A DNA stretch of 64,000 bases. It comes from Paraspadella gotoi (Eukaryota > Animalia > Chaetognatha). The translations under genes were made by a program, and so were the position numbers. Where the stretch lies: NCBI GenBank assembly GCA_051294375.1, contig CM119268.1:16231528-16295527 (forward strand), written 5' to 3'. The notes beneath the pieces were generated by a model that was not told the origin of the DNA, did not search any database, and saw nothing but the letters and a program-made list of their open reading frames with translations. Each line of letters starts with the position of its first letter. Within the stretch, counting starts at the first letter, position 1. Of this stretch, positions 40,597-55,549 are shown piece after piece.

Positions 40597-41862
40597 CTCT
40601 CTCTCATTCCTCCACATTCTTAATCCGGCCAAGGATTTTGATGTAGCAGCTTCACACAGATTTTTTTTTGAAAAACCGCAAACGTAAAAAATAGTTTCAG
40701 TTTTTGGTCGTTTTTTTATTCATTTTTTTATTATCATCTCTCTTCTCTCTCTCTTCTAGTCTCTCTCTCTCATCGTCGTCTCTCTTCCCTGCTCTCAGCT
40801 CAATATGCCTCTCTGCTCTCTCTCTCATTCCTCTCACATCTACTATCGCCAGGATTTATTGATGTAGCAGCTTCACAAGTTTTTTTTTTAAAAACCCGAA
40901 ACAGTTAAAAATGTTTCATAGTTTTGGTAGTTATTTTTATTCATTTTATTATATTCTCTCTCCTGAACGTCTCTCGTCTCTCGTCCTCTCTCTCTCTTCT
41001 TCTCTCCATTCCTCTCTCAGTCTCTCTCATCTCATCCTCCCTCTCTTCTCTTCTCTCTTCGGTCTCGTCAGTTCATCGCTCTCTCTGTCTCCATCTTCTC
41101 AGATCTCTCTCTCATCTCTCTTCTCTTTCCGACTTTTTATCGACTGGTCTCTACCCCTCGGTCTTCCAACTCTAATCCTCTCCTGTAAAGCGTAAAAAAA
41201 TCAAAAACATAAAATAATATGTAGGGAAACGACGTAAAGAAGTAAGTGTAAAACAAAGTGATAAAAAAAAAAGGCGTTTCCGTGTTTTTTTGGCGAGTGC
41301 CGCGACCGCGCCGCCGTGCCGCGCCGAGCGGGTCCCACGCCTGTTAAGTATTTGTCATCGGTTTAACCAATTTCCGGCCGGCGGTTGAGATCTTTTACAT
41401 AGCACAGAATGAAGTGTTTGGTTTTTTCTCCTTGTCTATAATAAAGCAATCTCCTCTTTAATTTTATATAAACAAGGACGATAGGAATCGTATTATTAAC
41501 TAAATTTCGAAGGACTGCTGATGATGCTCAAGTTACGTTATATTACTCTTAATTAAACACATGTGGTCCGGTTCATACTCACAAAAATATTTATACTTCT
41601 CATACGTATTCTTCATAGACATATTAGACACATACGAATGCCGAATATGGATCGATTATTACGTATACAAATGTCAAAGGAGGCTCCTCAGGGTTATACT
41701 CTTTAACGAACCTTATGGTCTGAAGCAAATGTTGCTTCTCAGTTTTCCTATCAAGAATAATCGACTGTTACCTTCTGCTTTCTTTCTCGTCTATCCAAGA
41801 GCGCACAATCAGCTCAACATGATAATAAATAATAATAAAATAATAATAATAAATAATAATAC

Positions 41863-41923
<61 letters not shown>

Positions 41924-42239
41924 TGTTTTACAACCATATTGGTTATATTGTGAATTAAATGTATCTATTAAAGGGTTAATTTTGTAATCTATTGCCCCTC
42001 CTCCCCCCCCCACCCCAAGGCATCCCCTCATCGCTGTTGGTTCCACTTTCAAGCCCTCCCAGAGCCTCTGTTGCTAATGAGAAAATGGTTTACTTTACTT
42101 CTTCGAGGACTTGAAAAACCATTCATTATGGTGGATCATCCGTGTCGTGAAGGCGTGAAGGCGTGGAGCTAAATACAGCGCGAAAAGTTTTTCAAAACTC
42201 GTGTCTCTCTACCCGTCACGACCATAAGAGTACAAATAA

Positions 42240-42335
42240 TGTAAAAACTAAATTGTAAAACTAAATGTAAAAACTAAATGTAAATACTAAATGTAAAATA
42301 CTGAATTTAAAATAAAATGTAACACGTAAAACTAG
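42240..42335 (+). repeat. 12-bp minisatellite TGTAAAACTAAA (also ~49937-50020 and ~54128-54235)
   Basis: Direct tandem repeats whose copy number differs between the three 8.2 kb units. Confidence 0.85.
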
Positions 42336-42675
42336 AAATTATTTCGCGTGAAAAAATACCGACGCGTCAAAAAACGTGATTGAACAAAGAATAAAAGTAT
42401 TCGAAAATGATTCATTAAAGAAGCGCGCCGGTGTATGGTGGTGAGGCGAACCGTGAAAGCCAACGTTCACGTGATGCCACGAATGACTGACACAAAATAA
42501 AACGAGAAGGCTTCGAAAACACGAGTAATCGATACAGGTCCATAGTGTGGGAGCTGCCGCGTACGGACCCCTCGTTCTGTTAGACCAGCGCGATCGGGCG
42601 AAGTAAGACGACGCTTCTCGTGAGGAGAGATAAATCGAGAGATAGTCAGTAGTTATAGGGGGTAAGAGAGAGAGA

Positions 42676-42730
<55 letters not shown>

Positions 42731-45700
42731 AGAGAGAGGAGAGAGAAGGAGAGAGAGAGAGAGAAAGGAACGTGAGGCCATTCTTGTCTTCCCTAAGTTT
42801 TGATGTACGGGGCTAAATCCCCATTATGTGCGGTGGAAGAAAAAAGGATTTTTATTCGGCTGAAAGGTTCAATGACCCTGAAAACTAATTTGGCGAATCA
42901 GAACCGTCGACCATCTGAGCGAAACGAGGCTGATTATGGGGGAATCCATTCTACATCCTCTCGCTCTCCGGACCCGTCGACGACACGAATTTGGGCTAAC
43001 AAACACCACCGATTTTCGCAAACTTTTAAAAATAACGGATGTCTATTTCACAACTCGACAGAAAATTGACAAAATTTTTATAAGAGAATGCCAGTGATAA
43101 ATATAATCACCGTCGCTCATTATACCGGCATCGGTAGAAATCGGTTTAAATTAGACTAGTCAATCAGAAATTCAATCCCACGCCGACCTATCGGCTATAT
43201 TCACAAATCGCGCTTTTATAATCCCGATCGCTTCGGTATTCAAATATCACCAAAGATCACTAAAATGAACCAATCCACTTGGCTTCATATTCGAGATTAG
43301 CGATTGTGAAAATTGGACGAGTTGTTGTCGGGGAGGAGGGAACGGCGAGTGGAGATTTGTTTGAACGCGGTGGGAGCGAAGAGCCGATGAAACCGTTGAG
43401 AAGTAAGTGAGTGATAGAGGGTGAAAAAGGTAAGTCAGTAAGGTGAGATGAGGACAAAAACGTGAGTAAGAGAAGAAAGGGAAGAATATAATGGAGGTTA
43501 TGGGAGAGAGAAAGAGCTAAGGAGGAGAGGTAAAGATTAAAATGTTTTGGAGAAAACGGACGACCACACGATGGCGAGGTTGACTAAACGGGGTCAAAAG
43601 AAAGCAGCAAGAGGACGGATAATGAAAACGATGACTAATTCTGAAGAAACACTAAAGAGACAAAAAACAACGAACGGACCGAACGACGAAACAAAGAGGA
43701 ACCGAACGAGGAATGACGACGACGACGACGACGACGCCGCCACGATTCGCTGCAAAATAAAGAAGGTGACTCATCAGAATTCTACATCTCGCCTCTTCAT
43801 CGTTGAATACCAAATTCCGATCCCCAAAAGATTCCAGGAGGCGTTTTATTTGGAATATTCTTCTATCTCTGCTCTCTGCTCTCCTCCTCTCTTCTCTTCA
43901 ATCCTCTCTCTCGTCGTCATCTTACCGTCTCTCTCTCCCGATCATCTCTTCTCTCTCTCTCGTCATCTCTCTCTCTCTAGGAAGTTTTGATTTATTTTCT
44001 CTTGTCTTTTTTTGTGTTGTAACCTCACTTAAACACAGAAGGAAGTTTAAATAGAATTAGAGTCGCCCTACTTGGAAACAATGAATAATAAATGATCAAT
44101 ACGGTTGTCTTCTAACCCTTTACAAGTTTCAGTTTATTTCAAACTGTTCACCGCTAGATTTCCTCCTGTCTGTCCGGAAAAAAGAAAAAAACAAAATCAC
44201 CCTGTCCTTTTCTCTTCCTTTGTTTGAACGCTGGCGCTTCGAGAAAAAAAAAAAGCCCGTCAAGGGTTTTTTGAAAATTAGGCCACTGATTGTATGGTTC
44301 CTCCTATTCTCTCCTTTTTCTTTCCTTTTTTTCCTTTTCCTCTTTTCTTCCATCTTTCGTTCTAAGAACTTTTTTTGACCGAATTTACTCACCTTTTCTC
44401 CGTTCCATTTCCTCATCGTTTTTCATTCTTTCCATATTTTTTTCATCGGAAATTTTCTCCCATCTTTCCCTTCTTAACTTCCACCTCTTTCGGAAACGCC
44501 ATTCGAAGGCACTCGCCTCCTATTCCCCGCCAACCATCAACCGCGCGTTCACACAGAAACCTACTACTTCATAACTTTCGCTAGAAGACCGAATTTTTTT
44601 CCGTCTCGGCATTATTTTTTTTCTTTTCTCCCTCCTCTTTCCTCTCTCTCTGTCTTCTTTCTCTCTTCTCTTCCCATCCTGACTCTCAGTCCTCTCTCTC
44701 TCTCTCTACTCTCCGTCTCTCTCTCTTCTCGCTCTTCTCTCATCTCCCAGTCCTCTCTCTCTATATCAAAATCGTCTCCCTATACACTCTCTTTCCTTTC
44801 CTTCCCCCCTCTCTCTCTCTTCCCTCCCTTTCCTCCCTAATCTCTCCGTGGCCCTTTACCTCCCCTCTCCTTCAAATAACGCGCGCTCAATCTTGAGCCG
44901 CTTAACTCACGCCATTCTTTCCTCTCTTCTCTGCGCGGTTGAGAGGGGAAAAAACACCCCCTCCGCTTCTCTCTCAAGAATTTCAAGCAGACCTATCTTT
45001 CAACCTAATTGGTCCTCAAAACAAAATCAGATTATTCATTTGGGAACTGGTCTTAATAGACTATTAACTTTTTGTAGAAACATATTGTAAAAACTTTTTG
45101 TTCTTGTTAAAATTTAGTTCCGTAAAAAATTATATCAATGCTAAATACAAAATGATTTAATTTTGAAATTAACTACTTTATTTTTATTAATTTTTCAGAA
45201 AAAAAATAATTTATATATTATTTCTAATTTTTAGCTCTAATATATGCTAGGGGAAAGGATGTGTTTGTTGTTTTTAGTTTGCGCAACTAACAAGATTAAA
45301 AACAATTTGTTATTGTTCACCAGGTTCCTGCCACCGATCCACCCGTCACCCATCCTAAAACCGCCCATTCAACCCGCCACCTTTCGCGTTCTCAATAATT
45401 TCAAAACCCAAAACCCCTTTTCGGGATTCGTCCACCTCAGCCGCCGTCGTTTCAGCGCGACGACGACGACCCAAATCGCCGACCGATCATTTTCTAAAGC
45501 GTCTTTTTGGTGACGAACGAGCTTGTGCAAATCTTGGGGGCCGACGGCGTTTCCCAGGACAACGCGAGGGCAGCGGCGTTGGGCGGCGGGGAGCGGTTGG
45601 CAGGGGCGGCGGTTGGCGGGCGGGGCGTTGGCTGGCGGCGTTGGCCAGACACGTTGACCGCTGGTGACACATTCGTGTTTCGTCAGACGGTTTGTTCCTC

Positions 45701-46119
45701 GATTTTCCCATGTTGTTATTGCATCTGCCGGTCGCTCTGGTGGTGATGGTCGTGGTTTGCCCGTTGTTTCTCTTTGTCGTTGGTGTTGGATGTTGCTTTT
45801 TCTTTCCAAAGCAGTTGATGTTGTCCTTATGTGATGAGGTAAACTTGATATTTTTGTTTTCCTTGTTCGTTATTAATTTTATAGCGACGTGTGCTCGCTT
45901 TAATTCGATGTTATTAAACTACTTTTAATGTTGGTCTTGTTTCGCAGGTGGGTACTATGGTTTGATTCTGTCGGGTCTTGCATTGGCCGCTTTAAGAGTT
46001 GTATGCTCTGTACGCGTTATTTATAGCCGAAGGATAAAAGAAAGTAAAAAAAAAAAATAGAAAGGGAGAATAACCGAACTTTTATTTTCTCAGTTCATCC
46101 ATTTTTTTCGAACATATGA

Positions 46120-46314
46120 TTTATTGAATGGTCGGGTATGCAAAAACGGGAGGACAATGTGTGATGTCGGGGTGTGAGGTTCTCCCCGAACTGGCGCTGC
46201 TCTGGGCGTTGGACTGCATGACCACCCAATTCGCTGGCGTGTTTATAACGAACCCCTCACACTTTAATTCAGCTGAGCCGTGAGGGGATTGAACACCGGA
46301 ACTTTCCGGTTGGT
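46120..46314 (-). mobile_element. tRNA-derived SINE-like element (copy of 57535-57758, head cut by an N gap)
   Basis: Minus strand has the B-box-like GTGTTCAATCCC, then the same body as the 57.6 kb copy, ending ...cgaccattcaataaa. Confidence 0.6.
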
Positions 46315-46339
46315 NNNNNNNNNNNNNNNNNNNNNNNNN

Positions 46340-48784
46340 TTGATTCCATGATTATTTTCGATGGCGCATGAACGCAGCTCAACTTCAGTCAGGATTTAAA
46401 CTTTGAGCTTTAAGCTTATTAACCAATAACGAATATATCAAGAGTTAGGATATTCTTTCCTTAAAAGTTTAGTACTCACGATAGAATAAATTAATTTAGC
46501 ATTCAATCGATAGTAAATCTTAATCAATCAATCAATCTCAGTCATTTAATCATAAATCTCAGTCAACCTTTCAATTAAGAATTTAGAGAAAAATTCGAGA
46601 CGTGTTTTTTGTGAGAAGAGAAAACATATATTAACGAAAAACAGAGTAAAAATCAAAAAGGTAAAAATAACAACAACAACAAATACGTATTTACATTGGC
46701 TGGAAAAGGTCACAAAGTACAAAGACTTCGTCGTCGTCTTCGTTATTATATTCGTCGTCGTCGTCGTCTTTGTTCGAATCATTTGAGTTCCCAAACAATC
46801 AATAATTTTTTTAAAAATTAAAACATTCAAACAAATGAAATCATTCGATAGATCCGATCATTCAAGCAATCATTTTAAAATCTTTCATTCAAGCAATNNN
46901 NNNNNNNNNNNNNNNNNNNNNNNNNNNNNNNNNNATTATTGATTGAAAGGTTGACTGAGATTTCTCATGATTAAATGACTGAGATTGATTGATTGATTAA
47001 GAATTTACTGTAATAATCGATCGATTGCTAAACTAATTTATTCTATCGTGAGTACTAAAATTTTAAGGAAAGAATATCCTAACTCTAATATATTCGTTAT
47101 TGGTTTAATAAGCTTAAGGGGGCCGCAGTGATAAAAATGACTATCATAAGCTTAAGGGTCTATCATTAAAGGATTTCGAATGGTGATAGTCATATAATTT
47201 TTCTTACGCGCCGGGAGTCGAGAAAAAATTCCCATCTCCTTGTTCAATTCGAACAGGACGAGATATTTATTGATTCCGCCCCCCATTTTTTTTAAAATCA
47301 AAACATTCAAACAAATGAAATCATTCGATAGATCCGATTATTCAAGCAATCATTTTAAAATCTTTCATTCAAGCAATCATTTTAAAATCTTTCATTCAAG
47401 CAATCAGTTCAATCTCAATCACTCCCGTTGTCCGACCTCATCAGCCTTCCTTCTCTCCTTTCCGCGTTTCAGGGGAAATTTAAAACCACCGAACGCGAAG
47501 ATTCCATGTCCAGGAAACCGGATTCTCGACTTCCGGTTCCGGAATTCAGAAATCTCGGCTTCCGACCCCTGTCCGTGACACAAAAGGATTTAAAGGCGTC
47601 GGACGAGAAAGAAATCAGGGATTTTTTTTAAGGGAAAACGAAAGTAGTGGTGCCGAGAGAGAGAAAGAGAGAGAGAGAGGGAGAAAAAACTGAATGCTTT
47701 CTGAATTTAATAAAAAATTAAAATATTACCAAGCTTTTTATTGGGTCACGTCGAGATTCTTAAGATTAACAGCCTGTTATACATTAAAATCAGTCAAATT
47801 GAATCACTTTGAAAATATAATATATATATATATATAAATATATATATATAGTGTAATTTCGTCAAAATGACCAGACCCAAAAGACTTGGGATACCCGAGA
47901 CTGATTATGAATAAGAAAAAAAGTTTAAAATTTTATTGAATATTTAAAAAAAAAATATCGAGTGAGCAAAAATAAAATAGAAAAAGACTCACGACTAAAA
48001 CACCACGAGAGATAAGAGACTGTGAGACTGTGGGAGGGACATCTGACAAGTGAAAAAAAGTCACGTTTTCAACCGGAAGGGGCGTGGAAAGAGAGGAAGG
48101 ACTGAAAGGCGGGAATGAAGGAAATCAAACTGGGGAAATTGCGCGGGAAGAAATGAAGCGTGAAAAAAAGAGAAAGGGAGGAAAAGAAGAGAGGAGGAAA
48201 AGGACAGAAGACAAGAGAAAAGTAAAAGGAAATAAGTAGAAAAGTGGAGGAAAGAGATAAGAAAAAATAGAAAAGTGGAAGAAAGAAAAAGAAGATAGGA
48301 GAAAAATAAATGAACAGAAGGAAACAAAATGGGGGAAAGAGGAAAGGAAAAAATGGAAAAGGGAGAAGAGAGAAAAAACGGAGAGGAGGAAAATAAAAGG
48401 AAAGAAAAGGAAAAGTGGAGGAAGGCAGGTGGAAGAGAATCGGATGGACGAAAGGGAGGAAACGAAATGAAAGGAAAGAAAATGGTCGCCTTGATTCCCT
48501 GATGCAGCAACGACTGCAGCATTCTTTCTCTCTCTCTCTCTCTCCTCTCTCTTTCTCTCTTCTTCTCTCTCTCTCTCTCTCTCCAGATCATCTCCTCTCT
48601 CATCTCTCTCATCTCTCTCTTCCTCTCTCTTCCCTCTCACATTCTTAATTCGCCTAGGATTTTGATGTAGCAGCTTCACAGATTTTTTTTTGAAAATACC
48701 CGAAACGTAAAAAAAATGTTTCATGTTTTGGTCGTTTTTTTATTCATTTTTTATTATCTCTCTTCTCTTCTCTCTCTCTCTCTC

Positions 48785-48839
<55 letters not shown>

Positions 48840-51800
48840 TCTACTCTCACATTCTAATCGCCAGGATTTTGATGTAGCAGCTCACATATTTTTTTTTGTT
48901 AAAAAAAACCCGAAACGTAAAAATAATGTTTTTCATGTTTGCGTCGTTTTTTTATTCATTTTTTTATTATCTCTCTCTCATCTCTCTCTCTCTTCTTCTC
49001 ATCTCCTCTCTCTCTCTTCTCTCTCCTCTCTCTCTCTCTCCCCTTCTCTCTCTCTCTCTCTCTCTTCTTCTCTCTTATCTCCCTCTCCCTTTCCTATTCG
49101 ACCTGTCTCTGCCCTTCGTCTTCACTCTATCTTCTCTGTACCCAAAAAAACAAAAAACATAAAATTAATAATGTAGGGAAACGCTGTAAAGTAATAAACA
49201 GTGAGCCGCTTTACAGTTCTTTGCGAGTGCCGCGCCGCCGGCGCGTGCGCTTCCAACGCCTGGTTTGTTTTTCTCTCTTTAAATTTTTACGTTTGAAGAA
49301 TTTTTACTGTAGAATGAAGTGTTGGTTTTCCGTCGTAAATAAAACCGAATCGTCTCATTTTATCATAATTCTCATGAGTGAAAACAAGAAGCCATAACGG
49401 TATACAAATGTCAAGAGGAACGAGATGGATGCTCAGAGCGATTACTTAATGTATTTCTTTTTGAAACCTATGGTTCGATGGAAGCCTAAAAATGATTGAT
49501 CCTTTCTCGTTTTCAGAATATATTCAAAGAAATAATAATTCGTAACTGTATCCCCTTCTGCCTCTCTCTCCTTCCTCCGTTCTATCCAAAGAGCGCGACA
49601 ATCATTACATATAATTAATAAATAATAATAATAATTAAAATAATAATAATATAATATATAATAATAATAATAATAATAAATAATAATAATAATAATATAT
49701 ATGTTTACACTATATTGGTGTTATATTATGTAATAAATGTATCTATTAAGGTTATTTTTGTAATCTATTGCCCCCACGCTTCCTCGGTTGTTTTTTGCTC
49801 AATCAACAGAGAAAAAATGCGTTTAGCTTTACTTCTTCGCGACTTCCGACCAATTCATATGTGATCCGGCAGTGAAGTAAGCGTGAAGCGTGAAGCTATC
49901 CGCGAACAGTTTTCCACTCCGTCACCGTCAGACCCATGTAAAACTAAATGTAAAACTAAATGTAAAACTAAATGTAAAACTTAATTTAAAACTAAATGTA
50001 AAACCACGTAAAACTAAATTGATTTTCGTGAAAAACGTCAAAAACTGATTGAAAACGAATAAAAGTATCGAAAATGATTCATAAAGCCCGGATGTGTGGT
50101 GAGCGAACCTGCCATATCACGTGATTCGACACGCGTGAACCCGTGACCCCGTGACCTTGTACCGCGTCGCGAGGAAGACGACGCTCTCGTGGGAGAGATA
50201 AATCGAGAGATAGTCCAGTAGTTTAGGAGGGTAAGAGAGAGAGAGAGAAAGAGAAACGTGAGCCATTCTCAAGTTTTATGTACGGGCTAAATCCCCATTA
50301 TGTCGGAAGAAAAAAAGATTTTTTTCGGCTGAAGGTTCAATGCCCGAACTATTTGGCGAATCACCGTCGACCATCGAGCGAAAACGAGGCTGATTATGGG
50401 GAATCATCTCCGGACCGCAATTGGGCATACACCGATGTTTCGCAACTTTTAAATCACGGATGTCTATTTCACAGAATGACACATTTTAAGAGAATGCCAG
50501 TGTCAGAATTTAATCACTCGTCCCTCAAAATTACTGACTTTAATCAAGAATTCATCCCCGCCGACCTTCGCTAATCACAAATCCCGCTCTTTATATCCCC
50601 GATCGCTTCGGTTTCAAATCACCAGATCACCAAATCACCAAATCACTTGCTTCAATTCGAGATTCAGCGATTGTCGAAATTGGGAACCGATTTTGTCGGG
50701 AGAGAGGAACGGCGAGTGGAGATTGTTTGAACGGTGGGGAGCGGGAGGATGAAACCGTGAGAAGTAGTGAGTGATAGAGGGTGAAGGAAGGTCAAGTAAG
50801 GTGAGATGAGACAACGTGAGTAAGAGAAGGAAAGGATAGAAATATATGAGGTATGGGAAGAGAGAAAAGCGTTAGGAGAGGTAAAGTAAATGTTTTGGAG
50901 AAATCACGACCCACGTGCGGGTTGACCTAAACGGCAAAGAAAGCAGCAGAGGACGGGAATAATGGAAAACGATGACTAATTCTGAGAAAAACTAAAGAGA
51001 CAAAAACAACGACGACGAACGACGACAAAGAGGAACGACGAGGATGACGGTGAGACGAACGACGACGACCCGCCACGTCGCTCGAAAATAAAGAAGTGAC
51101 TCAATCAATTCTCGCCTCTTCATCGTTTGATCCAAAATTCCGATCCAAAGATCCAGGGCGTTTATTTGGGAATATTCTCTCTCTCTCTCTCTCTCTCNNN
51201 NNNNNNNNNNNNNNNNNNNNNNNNNNNNNNNNNNNNNNNNNNNNNNNNNNNNNNNNNNNNNNNNNNNNNNNNNNNNNNNNNNNNNNNNNNNNNNNNNNNN
51301 NNNNNNNNNNNNNNNNNNNNNNNNNNNNNNNNNNNNNNNNNNNNNNNNNTTGTAACCCTCCTTAGATGACAACAGAGGAAGTTTAAATAGAAATTAGAGT
51401 CGCCCTACTTGGAACAATGAAATATAATGATCAATACGGTTGTCTCACCCTTTACAAGTTCAGTTTACTTTTCACCCGCAGATTTTCCTGTCTGTCCGGA
51501 AAAAGAAAAAAAAATCCCTTCTTTTCTTCCTTGTTTGACCGGCCGCTTCGAGAAAAAAAAAAGCCCGTCAAGGTTTTTTTGAAATTAGCCTGATTTATGT
51601 CTGCCTCCTTTCTCTTTCCTTTTTCTTTCCTTTTCTATTTCGTTCTACTTTTTTTGACGGAATTTACTCCCTTTTCCTCCGTTCCTTTCCTCTTTTTCTT
51701 CTTTCCCATATTTCATTCGGAAATTTCCTCCCTTTCCTTCTTAACCTTCCACCTCCTTTCGAACGCCGCCTCCCTATTCCCCACCAATCAACCGCGCTTC

Positions 51801-51860
51801 ACAAACCTACTCTTCATCTTTCGCTAGAGACCAATTTTTCTCGCTTATTCTTTTTTCTTT
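46340..51860 (+). repeat. ~8.2 kb unit, copy B (partial, MITE-free, with an inverted segment near its start)
   Basis: Matches ~38085-44630. Confidence 0.9.
46410..47117. repeat. ~180-bp inverted repeat pair bounded by TTAA, possibly a TIR element
   Basis: 46935-47113 is the reverse complement of ~46414-46580, with TTAA on both outer sides. An N gap lies between the arms. Confidence 0.5.
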
Positions 51861-51871
51861 AAAAGAGAGAG

Positions 51872-51956
51872 ATTGGGTCACGTCGGAATATCTTAAGATT
51901 AACAGCCTGTTATAACACATTAAAATCATGTCAAATTGGATCAACTTTGAAAATAC

Positions 51957-51987
<31 letters not shown>

Positions 51988-54458
51988 GTGTAATTTCGTC
52001 AAAATGACGCACCCAAAGACTTGGGATATCCCGAGACTGGATTATGAATTAAGAAAAAAGTATATAATTTTATTGAATATTTAATATATATAAAATATCG
52101 GGAGTGTAGAAAATAAATAATTAATAAAAGACTCACGATCTAATAACACCACTGAAAATGATAAGAGACTTGTGAGAACTGTGGAGGAGGGACATCTGAT
52201 CTAAGTGTAAATAAAAGTCACTGTTTCAACCGGGATGGTGCGTGGAAAGAGAGGAATGGACTGAAGGCGGGAATGAAGGAATATCAAACTGGAATTGCGT
52301 CGGAGAATGATATGAAGCTGGTGTAAATAAAAGAAGGGAGTGAAAGAAGAGTTATGTGTATATTTATATCTAGGTAACAAGATGAAAGTAAAGGAAATAT
52401 AGTTAGAAAAGTGAGGAAAGAGATATTAGAAAAATAGAAAGTGAAGAAAGAAAAGAAGAATAGAGAATATAAATGAACAGAAGGAAACAAAATGGGGGAA
52501 GATGGAAATGAATATTGTATAAGGGAGAAGAGAGAAAAAACTGAGGATGATAAATATTATTATGGAAAGAAAAGGAAAAGTGGAGGGAAGGCAGGTGATA
52601 AGAATCGGATGACGAAAGGGAGGAAACGAAAATGAAAGGAAAGAAAATGGATCGCCTGATTCCCTGATGCAGCAACCGACTGCAGCATTCTTTCTCTCTC
52701 TCTCTCTCTCCTCTCTCTTTCTCTCTTCTTCTCTCTCTCTCTCTCTCTCCAGATCATCTCCTCTCTCATCTCTCTCATCTCTCTCTTCCTCTCTCTTCCC
52801 TCTCACATTCTTAATTCGCCTAGGATTTTGATGTAGCAGCTTCACAGATTTTTTTTTGAAAATACCCGAAACGTAAAAAAAATGTTTCATGTTTTGGTCG
52901 TTTTTTTATTCATTTTTTATTATCTCTCTTCTCTTCTCTCTCTCTCTCTCTCGTCTCTCCTCTCTCTCTTCTCTCTCCTCTCTCTACTCTCTCTTCTCTC
53001 TTCTTACTCTCTACATTCTATCGGCAGGATTTTGATGTGCAGCTCACAGATTTTTTTTTTTAAAAAAAACCCCGAAACGTAAATAATGTTCATGTTTGGG
53101 TCGTTTTTTTATTCATTTTTTTATTATCTTCTCTCTCATCTCTCTCTCTCTCCTCTTCTCATCTCTCTCTCTCTCTTCCTTCTCTTCTCTCTTCTCTCTC
53201 TCTCTCCCCTTCTCTCTCTCTCCTCCTCTCTCTCTCTCTCTCTCTCTATCTCCTCTCTCTCTCTCTCTCTTCTTTCCCTTATTCGACCTGTCTGCTCCCT
53301 TCGTCTTCACTCTATCTTCTCTTAACCCAAAAAAACAAAACATAAAATTAATAATGTAGGGAAACGCGTAAAGTAATAAACAGTGAGGCCGTTTCGTTCT
53401 TTGCGAGTGCCGCGGCCGCCGGCCGCCGCCGCGCTGCGCGGGTCCAACGCCTGGTTTGTTTTTCTCTCTTTAAATTTTTACGTTTGAAGAATTTTTACTG
53501 TAGAATGAAGTTGTTGTTTCCGTCGTAAATAAAACCGAATCGTCGTGCAATATTTATCATAATTCTCATGAGTGACAAACAAGAAGCCGATAAGCGGTAT
53601 ACAAATGTTCAAAGGAACGAGATGATGCTCAGGGGAATTACTTAATTAATTATCTTTTTGGAACCTATGTTCGATGAAGCCTAAAAAATGATTGATACCT
53701 TTCTCGTTTTCAGAAAATATTCAAGAATAATAATTCGTTACTGTATCCCTTTCGCCTCTCTCTCCTTCCTCCGTTCTATCCAAAAGAGCGCGACAATCAG
53801 CTCTACATATAATTAATAAATAATAATAATAATAATATAAATAATAATAATATAATATATAATAATAATAATAATAATAAATAATAATAATAATAATAAT
53901 ATAATGTTTTAACATATGGTTTAATTATGTAATAAATGTTATCTATTAGTTATTTTTTGTAATCTATTGCCCCCAGCTTCTCGGTTTTTTTTGCTCAATC
54001 AAAGAGAAAAAATGGTTTACTTACTTCTTCGAGACTTCCGAACCAATTCATATGTGAATCCGGCAGTGAAAAGCGTGAAGCGTGAAGCTATCCGCGAAAA
54101 GTTTTCACTCCGTCACCGTCACGAACCATGTAAAACTAAATGTAAAACTAAATGTAAAACATAAATGTAAAACTAAATTAAAACTAAATGTAAAACTTAA
54201 TTTAAAACTAAATGTAAAACGACGTAAAACTAAATTGATTTTCGTGAAAACGTCAAAAAACTGATTGAAAACGATAAAGTATCGAAATGATTTCATAAAG
54301 CCCGGATGTGTGGTGAGCGAACCTGCCATATCACTGAATCGAACAGCGTGACCGTGACCCGGTGAAACCTTGTACCGCGTCGCGAGGAAGACGAGACGAT
54401 CTCGTGGGAGAGATAATCCGAGAGATAGTCCAGTAGTTTTAGGAGGGTAAGAGAGAGA

Positions 54459-54546
<88 letters not shown>

Positions 54547-55492
54547 AACGTGAGCCATTCTCAAGTTTTTATGTACGGGCTAAATCCCATTATGTTCCGG
54601 AAGAAAAAAAGATTTTTTCGAGCTGAAGGTTCAATGGCCCGAACTATTTGGCGAATCACCGTCGAACCATCGAGCGAAAACGAGGCTGATTATGGAATCA
54701 TCTCCGGACCACGCAATTTTGGGCATACAACCGATGTTTCGCAAACTTTTAAATCACGGATGTCTTTATTTCAACAGAATGACACATTTTAAGAGAATGC
54801 CAGTGTCAGAATTTTAATCACTCGTCCCTCAAAATTACTGATTTAATCAAGAAATTTCATCCCCGCCGACGCTTTCGCTAATCACAAAATCCCGCTCTTT
54901 ATATCCCGATGCTCGGTTTCAAATCGCCAGATCACCCAAAATCACCAAAATCACTTGCTTCAATTCGAGATTCACGATTGGTCGAAATTGGGAACCGATT
55001 TTGTCGGAGAAGAGGAACGGGCGAGTGGAGATTGTTTGAAGGTGGGGAGCGGGAGATGAACCGTGAGAAGTAGTGAGGTGATAGAGGGGAAGGAAGGTCA
55101 AGTAAGGTGAGATGAGAGCAACGTGAGTAAGAAGAGAAGGATAGAATATATGAGGTATGGGAAGAGAGAAAAGCGTTAGGAGAGGTAAAGTAAATGTTTT
55201 GGAGAAATCACGACCCACGTGCGGGTTGACCTAAACGGCAAAGAAAGCAGCAGAGGACGGGAATAATGGAAAACGATGACTAATTCTGAGAAAAACTAAA
55301 GAGACAAAAACAACGACGACGAACGACGACAAAGAGGAACGACGAGGATGACGGTGAGACGAACGACGACGACCAGCCACGTCGCTCGAAAATAAAGAAG
55401 TGAACTCAAATCAATCTCGGCCCTTCTTCATCGTTTAATCCAAATTACGATCCAAAAGATCCAGGGCGTTTATTTGGGAAATATTCTCTCTC

Positions 55493-55549
<57 letters not shown>

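Larger units (their letters stand above)
38085..46314 (+). repeat. ~8.2 kb unit, copy A (noisy, carries the MITE)
   Basis: Collinear with 46340-51860 and 51872-57725. Ends at an N gap inside the SINE. Confidence 0.9.

Noticed and set aside
50278-50574. 98-aa ORF in copy B of the 8.2 kb unit
   Set aside because: The frame is broken in copies A and C and no motif is recognisable. It cannot be supported without polishing.
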